IMG/VR virus record: IMGVR_UViG_3300037502_002706
Coordinates: 1 to 53,988 of that record
DNA: 53,988 bases
Reading direction: 5' to 3' (one strand)
Source of the DNA: a virus
Lineage: Duplodnaviria; Caudoviricetes
The position numbers were made by a program, and so were the translations under genes. This document shows positions 1-9,092 of the stretch, one piece after another (position 1 is the stretch's first letter; each line of letters starts with the position of its first letter). The notes beneath the pieces are model-generated. The model saw only the letters and a program-made list of their open reading frames with translations, had not been told where the DNA came from and did no database searches.

Positions 1-560
1 TCAAGGTATATGCGTTGCGTTCCTAAATCAGAAGCAAAATTTAATTGCGTATCGGTAGACTTGCTGCCAGAACCAAGGTTGGCGTTACCAGTCGTCGCAA
101 AATTAGTCCCATCAAACGTCAGCGCACTCCCGCTCGTCGCCACCTTACTGCCGTTGAGGTACAGGACGCCGTTGGCGGTGCCGCCGGAGAGGGTGAGGTC
201 GGAGGACAGCGTTAGCGCCGCTGCGCCAATAGTGCCCGTCAGCGTCGGGCTGGCCGACAGCACGTTGTTGCCCGTGCCGGTGTTGGTCACCGAGACCACC
301 GCCTTGCTCGCGTTCAAGGCCAGCGCGGTTGAGGCCGTCAGCGCCGACAGCGTGGTGGTGCCTGCCACCGTGAGGGCCGAAGGGTTGGTGCCCAGTTCCA
401 CCACGGAGCCGCCCGAGTCCTTGGTGAACAGGCGCTTGTCGGCGGTGTTGACGGCCAACTCCGCGCCGTTGGCGCTGTTGGTCAGATTGCCCGCGCTGGG
501 CAGGCTGGTGGCAGTGTTGCTCGCGTAGAGCAGGATGGGGGTGAAGCCGGATTGTGCCAT
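1..560 (-). CDS. Tail fibre-like protein, N-terminal part (runs off the left end)
   Basis: Not in the ORF track. ATG at 560 reads MAQSGFTPILLYASNTATSLPSAGNLTNSANGAELAVNTADKRLFTKD, open to the window edge. GELAVNTADxxLF-type fibre N-terminal motif, T/G/S/A-rich. Confidence 0.8.
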   Translation of the reverse strand, partial: MAQSGFTPILLYASNTATSLPSAGNLTNSANGAELAVNTADKRLFTKDSGGSVVELGTNPSALTVAGTTTLSALTASTALALNASKAVVSVTNTGTGNNVLSASPTLTGTIGAAALTLSSDLTLSGGTANGVLYLNGSKVATSGSALTFDGTNFATTGNANLGSGSKSTDTQLNFASDLGTQRIYL

Positions 561-566
561 AGCGTG

Positions 567-914
567 TTACCTCAGATTTTCCAGTTTGTACAGCGTGCGC
601 AGGTGCAGCGCCACCAGCTCGTCCAGGATGTTCTCCAACGCGGGCACCCCGCGGGCGATCTCGCCCCGGTGTTCCGTTATCCACAGCATGTCCTTGCGCA
701 TGGACTCGGTGGCGTCCTCGGCGGGCTCTTTAACCGCCACGCCGAACGCGCCCTGGTACGCCTCGACGTACTTGTCCAGCTGGGTGATGAGTTCTTCATA
801 GAACTCGCCCAGTGCCTCGTGTCGCGCAAACGAGCCCGCGCCCGTTGCGCTCCAGTGCGCCAGGTGCGCGGTGTTGCGCAGCTTGAACCCGCGCTCAATC
901 AGTTTGTCAATCAT
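567..914 (-). CDS. Ferritin/Dps-like four-helix protein (DUF5856-like)
   Basis: AHLAHW..GSFARHEALGEFYEELITQLDKYVEAYQG resembles Dps ferroxidase helices. Start moved to ATG 914, which follows GGAGGAG. Confidence 0.7.
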   Translation of the reverse strand: MIDKLIERGFKLRNTAHLAHWSATGAGSFARHEALGEFYEELITQLDKYVEAYQGAFGVAVKEPAEDATESMRKDMLWITEHRGEIARGVPALENILDELVALHLRTLYKLENLR

Positions 915-915
915 C

Positions 916-3774
916 TCAGAACACTCCTCCGCCAATACCGCCCGTGGCGGTGAGCACCCCCGTCGAGGGGTTGAACGTCAACTTGGTCGAGCTCACCTTC
1001 TGCGGTAAGTTGCCAGTGTTGGCTGTGACCCAGGTCGGGTACACGGTCGCCGCGGCGCTTGTGTCGTCGGTGATGCCGGTGTTCACTGCGTTGGTTGCCG
1101 TGCCAACAGTGACTGATGATGGAGAAGTCCATTCCGGGGCCGAGTTCAAAACAGTGAGAAGGCTACCGTTGCTCCCGATTGATCTTGTAGCCAAAGAACT
1201 TGTGCCTGTAGCGAACAAAATGTCGCCAGACACATAAGACGTAATTCCTGTGCCGCCGGCGCTTGGCATGACATAAGACCATTCCGGCTGCGCATTGCCC
1301 GCAACAAGCACAAGACCGGAAGCGCCTATCGCTTTTTTGGACAAAGTTGTCGCGCCGCTTGCATACAAAATGTCGCCCGCGGTGTAGCTGCTCAGCCCCG
1401 TGCCGCCGTTGGTGGTGATGAGCGTGCCGGCCACCGTGATTGCGCCCTGCGTCGCCGTGCTGGGCGTCAGCCCCGTGGTGCCGAAGCTCAGCGACGTGAC
1501 CGCCACGCTGGTGGCCGCCGACCAGCTGGGTGCCGCGCCGGTGTTGCCCACTAGCATCTGCCCGGTGGTGCCAGCCGCCGTCACCTGCAGAGCGCTGGCG
1601 GTGTTGCCGTACACCACGCCGTTAGCGGTGAACGCGCTGGCTCCGGTGCCGCCGCGAGCCACCGACAGCTGGCCCGTCCAGCCCAACGTGAGCGAGGCCG
1701 CAGCGAGCAGCGCGGTGCTCGGCGCGCCGCCCAGCGTGAGCGTGACGTTGGTGTCGTCCACCTTGCTCAGCGCGGCCCCAGTGACCCACTCTGGCGCCGT
1801 GGCCCCGGCGTTGACCTTAAGCACCTGCAGCCCCGAGCCGATGCCGAGGAACGTCGTAGCCCCCGCGCCAGACTGGTAAGGCAGCGAGCCCGCCGCCCCG
1901 CCGGCGAGGTTGGTCGCCGTGCCCACCGCCAAAGCCGACTGCGCGGCGTTCTCCCAGCGTTGCTGGGGGCCGTCATAGACGATGACGTCGCCGTTGGTCA
2001 ACGTGCTGAACTGCACGTTTCCATCAGTGCCCCCCAAAACCGACCCGTAGGTAGGTCTGACAAACAAAATGCCGTTGGACGTGCCGACGTTGACCACCGC
2101 GGCCATCAACACAATCGCGTTGGGAACCGTTGGTTTGATCTTGGTCAGCCCGCCAGTCACCGCGGGGTTATAATACAGTTCGTCGCCCTGCACCCAAGTT
2201 TCAGCGCCGCCCGTGGTGTTCAGGTTTTTGACCTCGCCAAAAGCCACCACGAAAATCCAGTCGTTGTTGTTGCCAGATTCGGCTGCTAACCCCAAAACAT
2301 ACTGCGCCTGGTCTTTCGTCAGGCCCGTAGCTGGTGCTGCGGTCAGACCACCGGATGACCCCAAAGTACCGGTGAACATCACCACCTGGCCTTTGGTAAC
2401 CGCTGACGAACACTTGACGCGGTAAAACTGTTCTTCGCCGATCTTCTGCACCACGTTGCCATTCATCTGGAAGGCAAGGGTCTGGAATTGGTCGGTGTAG
2501 TCGTAGTACAGGCGCCCCGTGGCGTCAGAGGGCAGCGGGTTCTGCGTGGTGTTGAATTCGATGTAGAGCGGGCTGTCAATGCCAGCCGGAATCACGACCT
2601 CACCCGTGCCGTTGGGGTCGAGGGTGATGTTGCCGTTGGTGTTGGTGCTGCTCAGCGTGTTGCCGTCCAGCCGCAAGTTGTCCACGTTGAGCAGCGTGGA
2701 CACCGTGACCGCGCCGGTTGAGTCAGCGATGCTGGCTGCGACCGTGCCGTCCTTAGCCTTGAGGTTCGTCACCTCCAAGTTGGTCGTGTCCACCGTGGTG
2801 GCGTTGACGTCAGTAGCGTTGGCGGTGGTGAACGTGCCCGCGGCCGGCACGCTGCCGCCAATCACCGTGCTGTCAACGGTGCTGCCGGTGATGGTGGCGG
2901 AGGTTAGCGTCTTGCCGGTCAGCGTGGTCGGCACGTCCGCGTTGACCAGGGCGCGGAACGTCGGGTCAGCCGCACTGCCGGCGGCCGGGCCCGCAAACAC
3001 CGTGTTCGCCAACTGCGGCGACACCACCAGCGCCGAGCCCCACGTGGGCGCCCCGGTGCCGCCCGACACGAGCACCTGCCCCAGGTTGCCGGCGGGGCCG
3101 ATGTACAACCCGTCACCCCCGCTCCAAACTACCGCACCCGCATTTGGCACCAGCGACCGGGCAGTGCCGCCCTGGTCCAGCGGCAGAATACCGTCAACCT
3201 GAGTCTGGTCAGCCAGGTCCACCGCCGGGTGCCGGTGATCGGCGCGGGACAACGTGATGGCCACACCCGCCGAGCCAGTGCCGCTGAGCGCCAGCGGGGT
3301 CGCGCTGCTGAAGTCAGCCCCCAGCGTGACGTTGGTGTTCAACGCGCCGCCGCCCGTCAAGCCCGGCCCGGCAATAACCTGCCGGCTTTCAGGCACGTAG
3401 CCCGACACCGTCACCGCGGCCGAGGTAGCCGCCATGACTCGGCCCGTAGCGTCCACGGTCAGCACCGGCACCTGCGTGCTGCTGCCGTAGGTGCCAGGCG
3501 TGACGCCCGAGCTCGCGAGCTGGGTGGTGCCGATGCCGCCCGGGGCCACGCTCAGCGTGACGTTGCTGCTCAGCTGGCCGCCACCCTGCAGCCCCGTGCC
3601 CGCAATCACCTGCCGCGTGGTGGGCACCCCGGCCACCTGCAGCAGGTCGCCGGCGTAAATCTTGTACGACACCCCGTTCAGCGTGTACAGCAGCAAACCC
3701 TGCGCCGAAGCCTCCGGCGCGAACGGCAGCTGCGTGACGGTGGACGGGATGAGGTTGCTTGGTACCTGGGCCAT
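916..3774 (-). CDS. Long tail fibre / structural fibre protein
   Basis: 952 aa, G/T/A/S/V-rich. Repeated AGxGLxGGG and GGTG..SY..GD motifs, located in the tail module. Confidence 0.8.
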   Translation of the reverse strand: MAQVPSNLIPSTVTQLPFAPEASAQGLLLYTLNGVSYKIYAGDLLQVAGVPTTRQVIAGTGLQGGGQLSSNVTLSVAPGGIGTTQLASSGVTPGTYGSSTQVPVLTVDATGRVMAATSAAVTVSGYVPESRQVIAGPGLTGGGALNTNVTLGADFSSATPLALSGTGSAGVAITLSRADHRHPAVDLADQTQVDGILPLDQGGTARSLVPNAGAVVWSGGDGLYIGPAGNLGQVLVSGGTGAPTWGSALVVSPQLANTVFAGPAAGSAADPTFRALVNADVPTTLTGKTLTSATITGSTVDSTVIGGSVPAAGTFTTANATDVNATTVDTTNLEVTNLKAKDGTVAASIADSTGAVTVSTLLNVDNLRLDGNTLSSTNTNGNITLDPNGTGEVVIPAGIDSPLYIEFNTTQNPLPSDATGRLYYDYTDQFQTLAFQMNGNVVQKIGEEQFYRVKCSSAVTKGQVVMFTGTLGSSGGLTAAPATGLTKDQAQYVLGLAAESGNNNDWIFVVAFGEVKNLNTTGGAETWVQGDELYYNPAVTGGLTKIKPTVPNAIVLMAAVVNVGTSNGILFVRPTYGSVLGGTDGNVQFSTLTNGDVIVYDGPQQRWENAAQSALAVGTATNLAGGAAGSLPYQSGAGATTFLGIGSGLQVLKVNAGATAPEWVTGAALSKVDDTNVTLTLGGAPSTALLAAASLTLGWTGQLSVARGGTGASAFTANGVVYGNTASALQVTAAGTTGQMLVGNTGAAPSWSAATSVAVTSLSFGTTGLTPSTATQGAITVAGTLITTNGGTGLSSYTAGDILYASGATTLSKKAIGASGLVLVAGNAQPEWSYVMPSAGGTGITSYVSGDILFATGTSSLATRSIGSNGSLLTVLNSAPEWTSPSSVTVGTATNAVNTGITDDTSAAATVYPTWVTANTGNLPQKVSSTKLTFNPSTGVLTATGGIGGGVF

Positions 3775-3779
3775 GGCGC

Positions 3780-4088
3780 TCAGTCAATGACGAACAGGAA
3801 CCGCTGGCCGTCTTCCGACACGATGAACTGGGTGCCGTCCTGCGTGATGAGACCCGAGGGGTGCGTGTTCAGCGGCGTGTCGGGCCGGTTGAATGGCAGC
3901 ACGATCTGGTCCTCAGCGCGAGGCGCGAGCCGGTACGGGTCGTAGTCGTCCGAGTCCTCTCGGCAGACCATCAAGTTGGGGTAGTTGGGGTCAGGCGTGA
4001 GCTCGGCTAGGCGCATTTTGCGCGAGCACCGGCCGCAGATGCCCAGGCCAAACGTGGACTCGCCCGCCGGGTCAATAAAAACGCTCAT
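3780..4088 (-). CDS. Small Cys-motif virion-module protein
   Basis: ICGRC...MVC...D.YDP motif, coupled to the upstream gene. Confidence 0.65.
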   Translation of the reverse strand: MSVFIDPAGESTFGLGICGRCSRKMRLAELTPDPNYPNLMVCREDSDDYDPYRLAPRAEDQIVLPFNRPDTPLNTHPSGLITQDGTQFIVSEDGQRFLFVID

Positions 4089-5086
4089 TTGGTGTAGTAC
4101 CCGATGCGCGGCTGGATGAACGTCGGCGAGCCGTCGTTGTCACCGTCCCAGGCGCGCTGCAGCGAGGCCGCCGCCCGCTGCTCCAGCACGGGCACCAGCC
4201 CAGCGTCCACCTGCGGCGACTCGGCCGCCACCCGGGCCGCAAGCCCGTTGACTATCGCCTCCAGCCAGCGCTGCGGCACGTTCACGTCCTGGCGCAAGTT
4301 GGCGGTGTCCATGATGTGCCGATGGCGCCAGACGATGAGCTGCTGGTGCTCGGCGGCGCGGTTGGGCGCGGGCCACAGGTGCATGACCGGGCGGTTGATG
4401 TCGCGCTGGAACCAGTAAGTCAGCGGCCGCCCGAGGAACACCTTGTTGTTCTGCGCCACGTAGGTGTCGCGGTTGAGCACCCCCATCGGGATTTCCTGCG
4501 GCATCGTGCCCAGGTACACCTCGCTCGCCAGCCAAGGCGACGTGGTCGTGAAGCGGAAGTAGCGGTGCGGCTTGGCCGGAAAGATGTCGGTCCACGTCCA
4601 CTCGCCCGCACTTGCCGCTGTGGTCTGCGTGCCTACCGTGGTCCACACCAAGTCGTCGTCCGACACTTGGAACGTCAACGTCACGGCCGCCGCCAGCCAC
4701 TTGACACCCACCGTGTTCACCGTGGCCTCGCTGCCGTCCGCGTCAGCAAAGTCCACCTTGTACAGCGTGGTGGTGATGGTGGTGTTGTCAACGCCGGGGT
4801 CAAGCTCCTGCAGCGTGCGCAGGTTGGCGTTCAGCACCTCCACCGTGCCCAGGTCCAGCTCAACCTCGGGCTGGCCCTCGTAGAACGGGTAAATCTGCTC
4901 CTCAATGCACCAGCTGGGGGTTTTGATGCTCGCTAGGTCGCTGAGCAGCAAGTACAGCGACTCCAGCGCGTAGGTCTGCATCTCAGCGGTGATGCTCTGC
5001 GCGGGCAGGCGGCAGCGCCGAAAAGCATGGTCGACCACCTTCAACGCATTGAAGGAGGTCTCACTAATGGTGCCAGAAAACGCCAT
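4085..5086 (-). CDS. Putative head-tail adaptor / tail tubular protein with inserted beta-sandwich domain
   Basis: Helical N-terminus (AFRRC..ALESLYLLLSDL), C-terminal LWPAP...VPQRWLEAIVNGLA, central FQVSDD..WT..YFRF segment. Start at MAFSGT. Confidence 0.55.
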   Translation of the reverse strand: MAFSGTISETSFNALKVVDHAFRRCRLPAQSITAEMQTYALESLYLLLSDLASIKTPSWCIEEQIYPFYEGQPEVELDLGTVEVLNANLRTLQELDPGVDNTTITTTLYKVDFADADGSEATVNTVGVKWLAAAVTLTFQVSDDDLVWTTVGTQTTAASAGEWTWTDIFPAKPHRYFRFTTTSPWLASEVYLGTMPQEIPMGVLNRDTYVAQNNKVFLGRPLTYWFQRDINRPVMHLWPAPNRAAEHQQLIVWRHRHIMDTANLRQDVNVPQRWLEAIVNGLAARVAAESPQVDAGLVPVLEQRAAASLQRAWDGDNDGSPTFIQPRIGYYTK

Positions 5087-5158
5087 ATCAACTCCGGTGT
5101 GCAACCCGGTCTCGCTATGGCTGCGCTGGTGCAGCGCGCCCCTGGTCAGGGTGCGTGA

Positions 5159-5188
5159 ATTTTAGCCCCACGCGGTGCCGGGCAGCAA
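5159..5188 (-). promoter_or_regulatory. Sigma70-like promoter TTGCTG-18-TAAAAT
   Basis: Intergenic, upstream of the adaptor and tail genes. Confidence 0.45.
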
Positions 5189-5196
5189 GGCTGCTC

Positions 5197-5583
5197 TCAG
5201 CGCTTGCCCGCTTTGCGGGCCTCGCTCAGGGCGATGGCCACGGCTTGCTTGCGGTTGGTGACCGTGGGGCCCGACTTGCTGCCGCTGTGCAACTCACCTG
5301 CCTTGTACTCGCCCATGACCTTGCCCACCTTAGCGGCGCCCGCCTTGGATACCGCTCCACCAACCTTGAAGCCGGCCCGCACATTGGGCACCGGACTGTC
5401 AACCATCTTGCGGTTGATGACGGCCGGCGCGCCGCCGCGCAGCGTGGCCTCGGGCGCTGGGGAGCGCTGGGTCTTGCCCGGGGCGGCGGGATGCGCACCC
5501 GAGACCGAACCCCCGCGGGCGTAGCCCTTGACGTAAGTCTTCTCAGGCCCGAAGTCGAACTCTTTGACGTAGGTGCAACCCAT
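5197..5583 (-). CDS. Small basic protein with C-terminal DUF6496-like domain
   Basis: KVGKVMGEYKAGELHSG...RKQAVAIALSEARK. Also carries YARGG and FKVGG. Confidence 0.7.
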   Translation of the reverse strand: MGCTYVKEFDFGPEKTYVKGYARGGSVSGAHPAAPGKTQRSPAPEATLRGGAPAVINRKMVDSPVPNVRAGFKVGGAVSKAGAAKVGKVMGEYKAGELHSGSKSGPTVTNRKQAVAIALSEARKAGKR

Positions 5584-5599
5584 GATGCGTGCTCCCGGT

Positions 5600-6010
5600 T
5601 TACGCCGTGGCGTAGGTCTTGATGGCCTCGATGACTATTGTGTAGCGGTCGCCAGCGGCGGCCCCCACCGTGCTGAACAGCACGTCGCCGGTCTTGCCCG
5701 CGCCCGCGTTGTTCGGCAGCCCGCCAAACGAGCTGTAGTCCATCAGGTAGAACTGGTTCTCAGGAATCGTCTCGCAGAGCAAGTCCGTAGACGCATCCCA
5801 CAAAATGTCCACCCCCATGCCCCAGGTCTGCACCCAGAGCTTGTTGATCTTCACCCCATTGCAGGCCAACCCCGCAGCGTTCGGGTTCAGCGCTGAGACG
5901 TCAATCTTGACGACCCCGCTCTCGCCCGTGCTGTCGCTGATGTTGGTGAACTTGCCGATGAACAGCCGCTCACCGTCAAGAATTGTCTGTGACGTTACTG
6001 CGTCAGCCAT
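5600..6010 (-). CDS. Hypothetical virion-module protein
   Basis: 136 aa, beta-rich, GAGGAG RBS, within the head operon. Confidence 0.75.
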   Translation of the reverse strand: MADAVTSQTILDGERLFIGKFTNISDSTGESGVVKIDVSALNPNAAGLACNGVKINKLWVQTWGMGVDILWDASTDLLCETIPENQFYLMDYSSFGGLPNNAGAGKTGDVLFSTVGAAAGDRYTIVIEAIKTYATA

Positions 6011-6176
6011 GTTGCTGCTCCTCGGCCGCCGGGGGCTCCGGCGCCGCTAGTCGGTTTATCAGCATTCCATACGCCTCGATCGTGCCCTGGGCCTTGAGCA
6101 TGAAGGCTTGCGCCTTCTGCATCTCGGCCTCTAGGTCACGAATCTCGGCGCGGAGGAACTCCTCAGTGATTTGCAT
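6003..6176 (-). CDS. Small coiled-coil protein (57 aa)
   Basis: Below the track cutoff. MQITEEFLRAEIRDLEAEMQKAQAF..., TGATG overlap with the upstream gene. Confidence 0.65.
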   Translation of the reverse strand: MQITEEFLRAEIRDLEAEMQKAQAFMLKAQGTIEAYGMLINRLAAPEPPAAEEQQHG

Positions 6177-6778
6177 CAGGGAGTGAAGGTTGCGTAAGCG
6201 GGAACGTAGTAGTCCGTGCCACCCACGCGCACCTTGATCGCCTTGGAAACTGTGGTGACCGCGCTTGCCGCGGGGGCAATGGTCGCGGCGGGGCCGGTCT
6301 CAATGTTCAGCAGGTTCTGCACCTCGCCCGTCTGTGAGCCGCTGTCGGTGACGCGGATGAACGCCGAAGCCGCCCCCAGCGTCACGTTGGAGCTGTAGTC
6401 GGTGTCCAGCTGCAGCACGGCCAGCGTGCCGCCCGGGGTAGTGGCCGAGCCGCCCAGCGTGGCGCGAATCGCGTTTGCCGCACCGGAAATGCTACCCCCG
6501 GTGTTGATTGAGGTGGAAATGTGGGCTCCGTTAATGGTGCCGCCGGCGGCTGCGCCTGCCCCGCTAACCACCGAGAAAGCTCGCAGCGTCTCACCTGAGC
6601 CGGTCGAGGTGAACGCCAAGCGGCTGTAGTTCAGGCGCGTGTCGCCGGTGGCAGCTGACGTCGTGCCGTAGGAGCTGGAGATGTTGCCCGCGGCGGTGAC
6701 CGCAATGGGCGCGGCGGAGGTGCCGCCAACGAACCCGTTCAGCGATGCGACCGGGCCGGTGAAGGTAGTGGTAGCCAT
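6176..6778 (-). CDS. Putative capsid decoration / head fibre protein
   Basis: MATTTFTGPV start, G/A/T/S-rich, directly downstream of the capsid gene. Confidence 0.55.
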   Translation of the reverse strand: MATTTFTGPVASLNGFVGGTSAAPIAVTAAGNISSSYGTTSAATGDTRLNYSRLAFTSTGSGETLRAFSVVSGAGAAAGGTINGAHISTSINTGGSISGAANAIRATLGGSATTPGGTLAVLQLDTDYSSNVTLGAASAFIRVTDSGSQTGEVQNLLNIETGPAATIAPAASAVTTVSKAIKVRVGGTDYYVPAYATFTP

Positions 6779-6782
6779 TGTT

Positions 6783-6853
6783 CAGTTCCTCTCATGCGAG
6801 ATCGGCAGCGCAGTCTGCATGACGTCAGCCGGGGGCTGTCTGCGCTGCCGGGG
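6783..6853 (-). ncRNA. Structured RNA, probable Mu-gpT-DE motif
   Basis: 11-bp stem CGGCAGCGCAG/CTGCGCTGCCG (6840-6850 with 6803-6813) and inner CAGC/GCTG hairpin. Loop TCATGC is complementary to GCATGA beside the next RBS. Lies just downstream of a Mu gpT-like capsid gene. Confidence 0.7.
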
Positions 6854-6909
6854 GGTTCCCCGGAGGAGCGGCGGGCTTCTGACCCACCGCCCCGTGCACC
6901 GGACGCGGA

Positions 6910-7824
6910 TTAGACGCCCGGAGTCCCGTACACGCCGCGCGGGTCGGTCCAGCCGAGCACATAACGCTCGGTGGCCTTGTAGCGCATGCTGTCCGTTTCG
7001 AAGTCGCCTTCCATGGACTTCTCCAACCCACGACGCATCATGAGCTTGAGGCCCTCGGGGGCGTCGGTCTGCACCCACCAGGCGGTGGTCGACGTGATAC
7101 GCGACAGGTTGGCTTGACCCTCGGCCAGCAGCCCCATCGACTTGACGGGGTTGATGTCGTTGTCAGCCGTGCCGGTGCGCAGCGCGCTCTTGAGCAGCAC
7201 TTCGGCCTGGAACACGTTGGACGGGCCGGTGACGATCTTGCGCGGGGTGAGCCGGATGCGCTTGCCGTTGTTGTCAACAGCGTTGCGAATCTGGATCAGC
7301 ATCTGCTCAAGGGACGTCTGGCTCAGCGCCGCGGGCGTGGTCAGCAGGTTGCTGAACGTGCCGTTGACGATGGGGTGGTTGCTGACGTTCAGCGCCACGC
7401 CGTCGCCACCCGTGTACGAGCCGTTGAAGGCCCTGTTCAGGATGTTCGCGGCCAGCGTCTCCTTCGTCTCGATCAGCGACTGCGCCAAGTGCTTGGCGTA
7501 GGTCTGTCCGATACGAATGTGATCGCCGTCCTCGACCAGCACCTTGGTCAAAGCGAAGGCCAAGCCGTACACCTTGTACAGGTAGCGCTGCAAGAACAAC
7601 ACCCCACCCGACTGGTACGTCACCGCCATGCCGTCAGGCAGCTCGGGTGCCGCGCCGAACCCGTACAGGACGGGCTCTTCGTGGTAGTTGCGGGGAATGC
7701 CCTTCTGCTCGCGGAAGACACCCTTCCACTCGTCAGCGCGCTGCTCGTAAACGCCGTCGAACACCTCGTTCAGAATCGGCTCAACAACTGACCTAAAGTC
7801 AGTACTACGCATTGGGGTTGCCAT
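6910..7824 (-). CDS. Major capsid protein (Mu gpT-like family)
   Basis: 304 aa. GGDGVAL..SNHP, EGDFETDSMRYKATERY..GWTDPRG motifs, strong AGGAGG RBS, follows scaffold-type genes. Confidence 0.85.
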   Translation of the reverse strand: MATPMRSTDFRSVVEPILNEVFDGVYEQRADEWKGVFREQKGIPRNYHEEPVLYGFGAAPELPDGMAVTYQSGGVLFLQRYLYKVYGLAFALTKVLVEDGDHIRIGQTYAKHLAQSLIETKETLAANILNRAFNGSYTGGDGVALNVSNHPIVNGTFSNLLTTPAALSQTSLEQMLIQIRNAVDNNGKRIRLTPRKIVTGPSNVFQAEVLLKSALRTGTADNDINPVKSMGLLAEGQANLSRITSTTAWWVQTDAPEGLKLMMRRGLEKSMEGDFETDSMRYKATERYVLGWTDPRGVYGTPGV

Positions 7825-7846
7825 TTTGTGGTACCTCCTTCAGGGG

Positions 7847-8449
7847 TTAGACCGAGTTGACCGCAGCCTTGTAGTGGTGTTCGTTGATGCGAACAGTGGC
7901 CACTACGTAAGCGTCGGTCAGCGAGTCGTTGATGTTATAGGCGAAGCCGGTGATCTGGAACTGGCCCGAGGTCGCCTGGATCACGCCCAAGCGGGTGTTG
8001 CTCAAGCCGGTCTGGGTGCTGCCGCCGGGTGAGGCCACAGTCCAGTCGCACTCCTCGCCCACCGCGGTTTGCACCGTGGTGACGCCCGGAGTGCCCGGGT
8101 TGTTGTACTGCACGTCGAAGAGCGTTTCCGGGTCGTCGTAGACCCAGGCCACGATCTGCGTCGCGCCGGAAACCGCCCCCGGCCAGAACGGCGAGATGGT
8201 CGGCTTGCCGGTGGAGTCCAGGTACTGGCAACCGGCAAAAATGCCCAGCAGCGCGATGCCGTCCGTAGTGCCGGAGCGGGTACCGTCGCTGGAGCCGAGC
8301 TCGACGACGCCGGCGTCGGTGAGCTTCACGGGGTCGCCCGAGAAGACATTCACGTTGTACGTGGCGTCGATGGTGTAGGCCTTGGGCCGCATCTGTCCAC
8401 TGTTGTGGAACGAGGGCCTAAAGCCGAAAGGTGCGCTAGTCGATGACAT
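7847..8449 (-). CDS. Conserved head-module protein (possible minor capsid/cement)
   Basis: APFGFRP..., VFSGDPVKL, GIFAGCQY, VYDDP motifs, immediately upstream of the capsid gene. Confidence 0.6.
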   Translation of the reverse strand: MSSTSAPFGFRPSFHNSGQMRPKAYTIDATYNVNVFSGDPVKLTDAGVVELGSSDGTRSGTTDGIALLGIFAGCQYLDSTGKPTISPFWPGAVSGATQIVAWVYDDPETLFDVQYNNPGTPGVTTVQTAVGEECDWTVASPGGSTQTGLSNTRLGVIQATSGQFQITGFAYNINDSLTDAYVVATVRINEHHYKAAVNSV

Positions 8450-8486
8450 GGCAAATCCTCACGGTGGAGATGATTGAAACGTGCGG

Positions 8487-9017
8487 TCACGCGAGGTCGA
8501 AGACCGGCTCGCGCTCCCTTCCAATCTCTGCACTGCCGTCGCCCATTGTGATGCGGCTCTTGGAGTTGCGGGCCTGGGCCTCCATGAACTCGGCGGTTTC
8601 CCTGAGCTTGTCCTCCTCGCGCTGGGGGGCGTCGTGGTGGGCTTCGCGCATGTACTTCTCGTAGAGCGAAATGGGGAGCTTGAAGGCGAGCATCTCATTC
8701 ACACCAATGAACCCGGCCCAATCGCCAGTCTTCAGCGTTGCGTACTCCCAGCCGGGAACGTCTTCCGGCTTCACGGGCTGGTAGCCCAGACGCATGCGAG
8801 TCTGAATTGAGTCGCGGGGGTTCGTGGTGGTGAGCCAGCACAAGTGCCATCCGGGCAGCTTGGGTAAGTCGGGCAATGAAGAGTTGAAGAACTGTTGACG
8901 GAACATTTCAACCCGCTCATCGTCGGAGATTTCGCGATTCTCAACCACAGCGCGATCTACCATCGCGCGGCTTTCGCGTCCCTCACCAGCGGATTTCTTC
9001 AGGCGTTCGTCGGACAT
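8487..9017 (-). CDS. Hypothetical head-module protein
   Basis: 176 aa, AAAGGAG RBS, LP.LPGWHLCWL...RMRLGYQPV. Confidence 0.75.
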   Translation of the reverse strand: MSDERLKKSAGEGRESRAMVDRAVVENREISDDERVEMFRQQFFNSSLPDLPKLPGWHLCWLTTTNPRDSIQTRMRLGYQPVKPEDVPGWEYATLKTGDWAGFIGVNEMLAFKLPISLYEKYMREAHHDAPQREEDKLRETAEFMEAQARNSKSRITMGDGSAEIGREREPVFDLA

Positions 9018-9048
9018 TTTGTATCGCTCCTTTCAGCGATTGGGGTGA

Positions 9049-9077
9049 ATTATGGTGTCTTTCAAGGCGTAAGGCAA
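9049..9077 (-). promoter_or_regulatory. Sigma70-like promoter TTGCCT-17-CATAAT
   Basis: Intergenic between the scaffold gene and the capsid block, canonical spacing. Confidence 0.6.
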
Positions 9078-9092
9078 GCCGGGTTGCGCTTT

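Noticed and set aside
916-3774. Diversity-generating retroelement acting on the tail fibre
   Set aside because: No reverse transcriptase and no template/variable repeat pair were found in the window.
6782-7078. Alternative-frame ORF as a frameshifted capsid extension
   Set aside because: No slippery sequence was seen near the capsid stop, and the region is better explained by the structured RNA.
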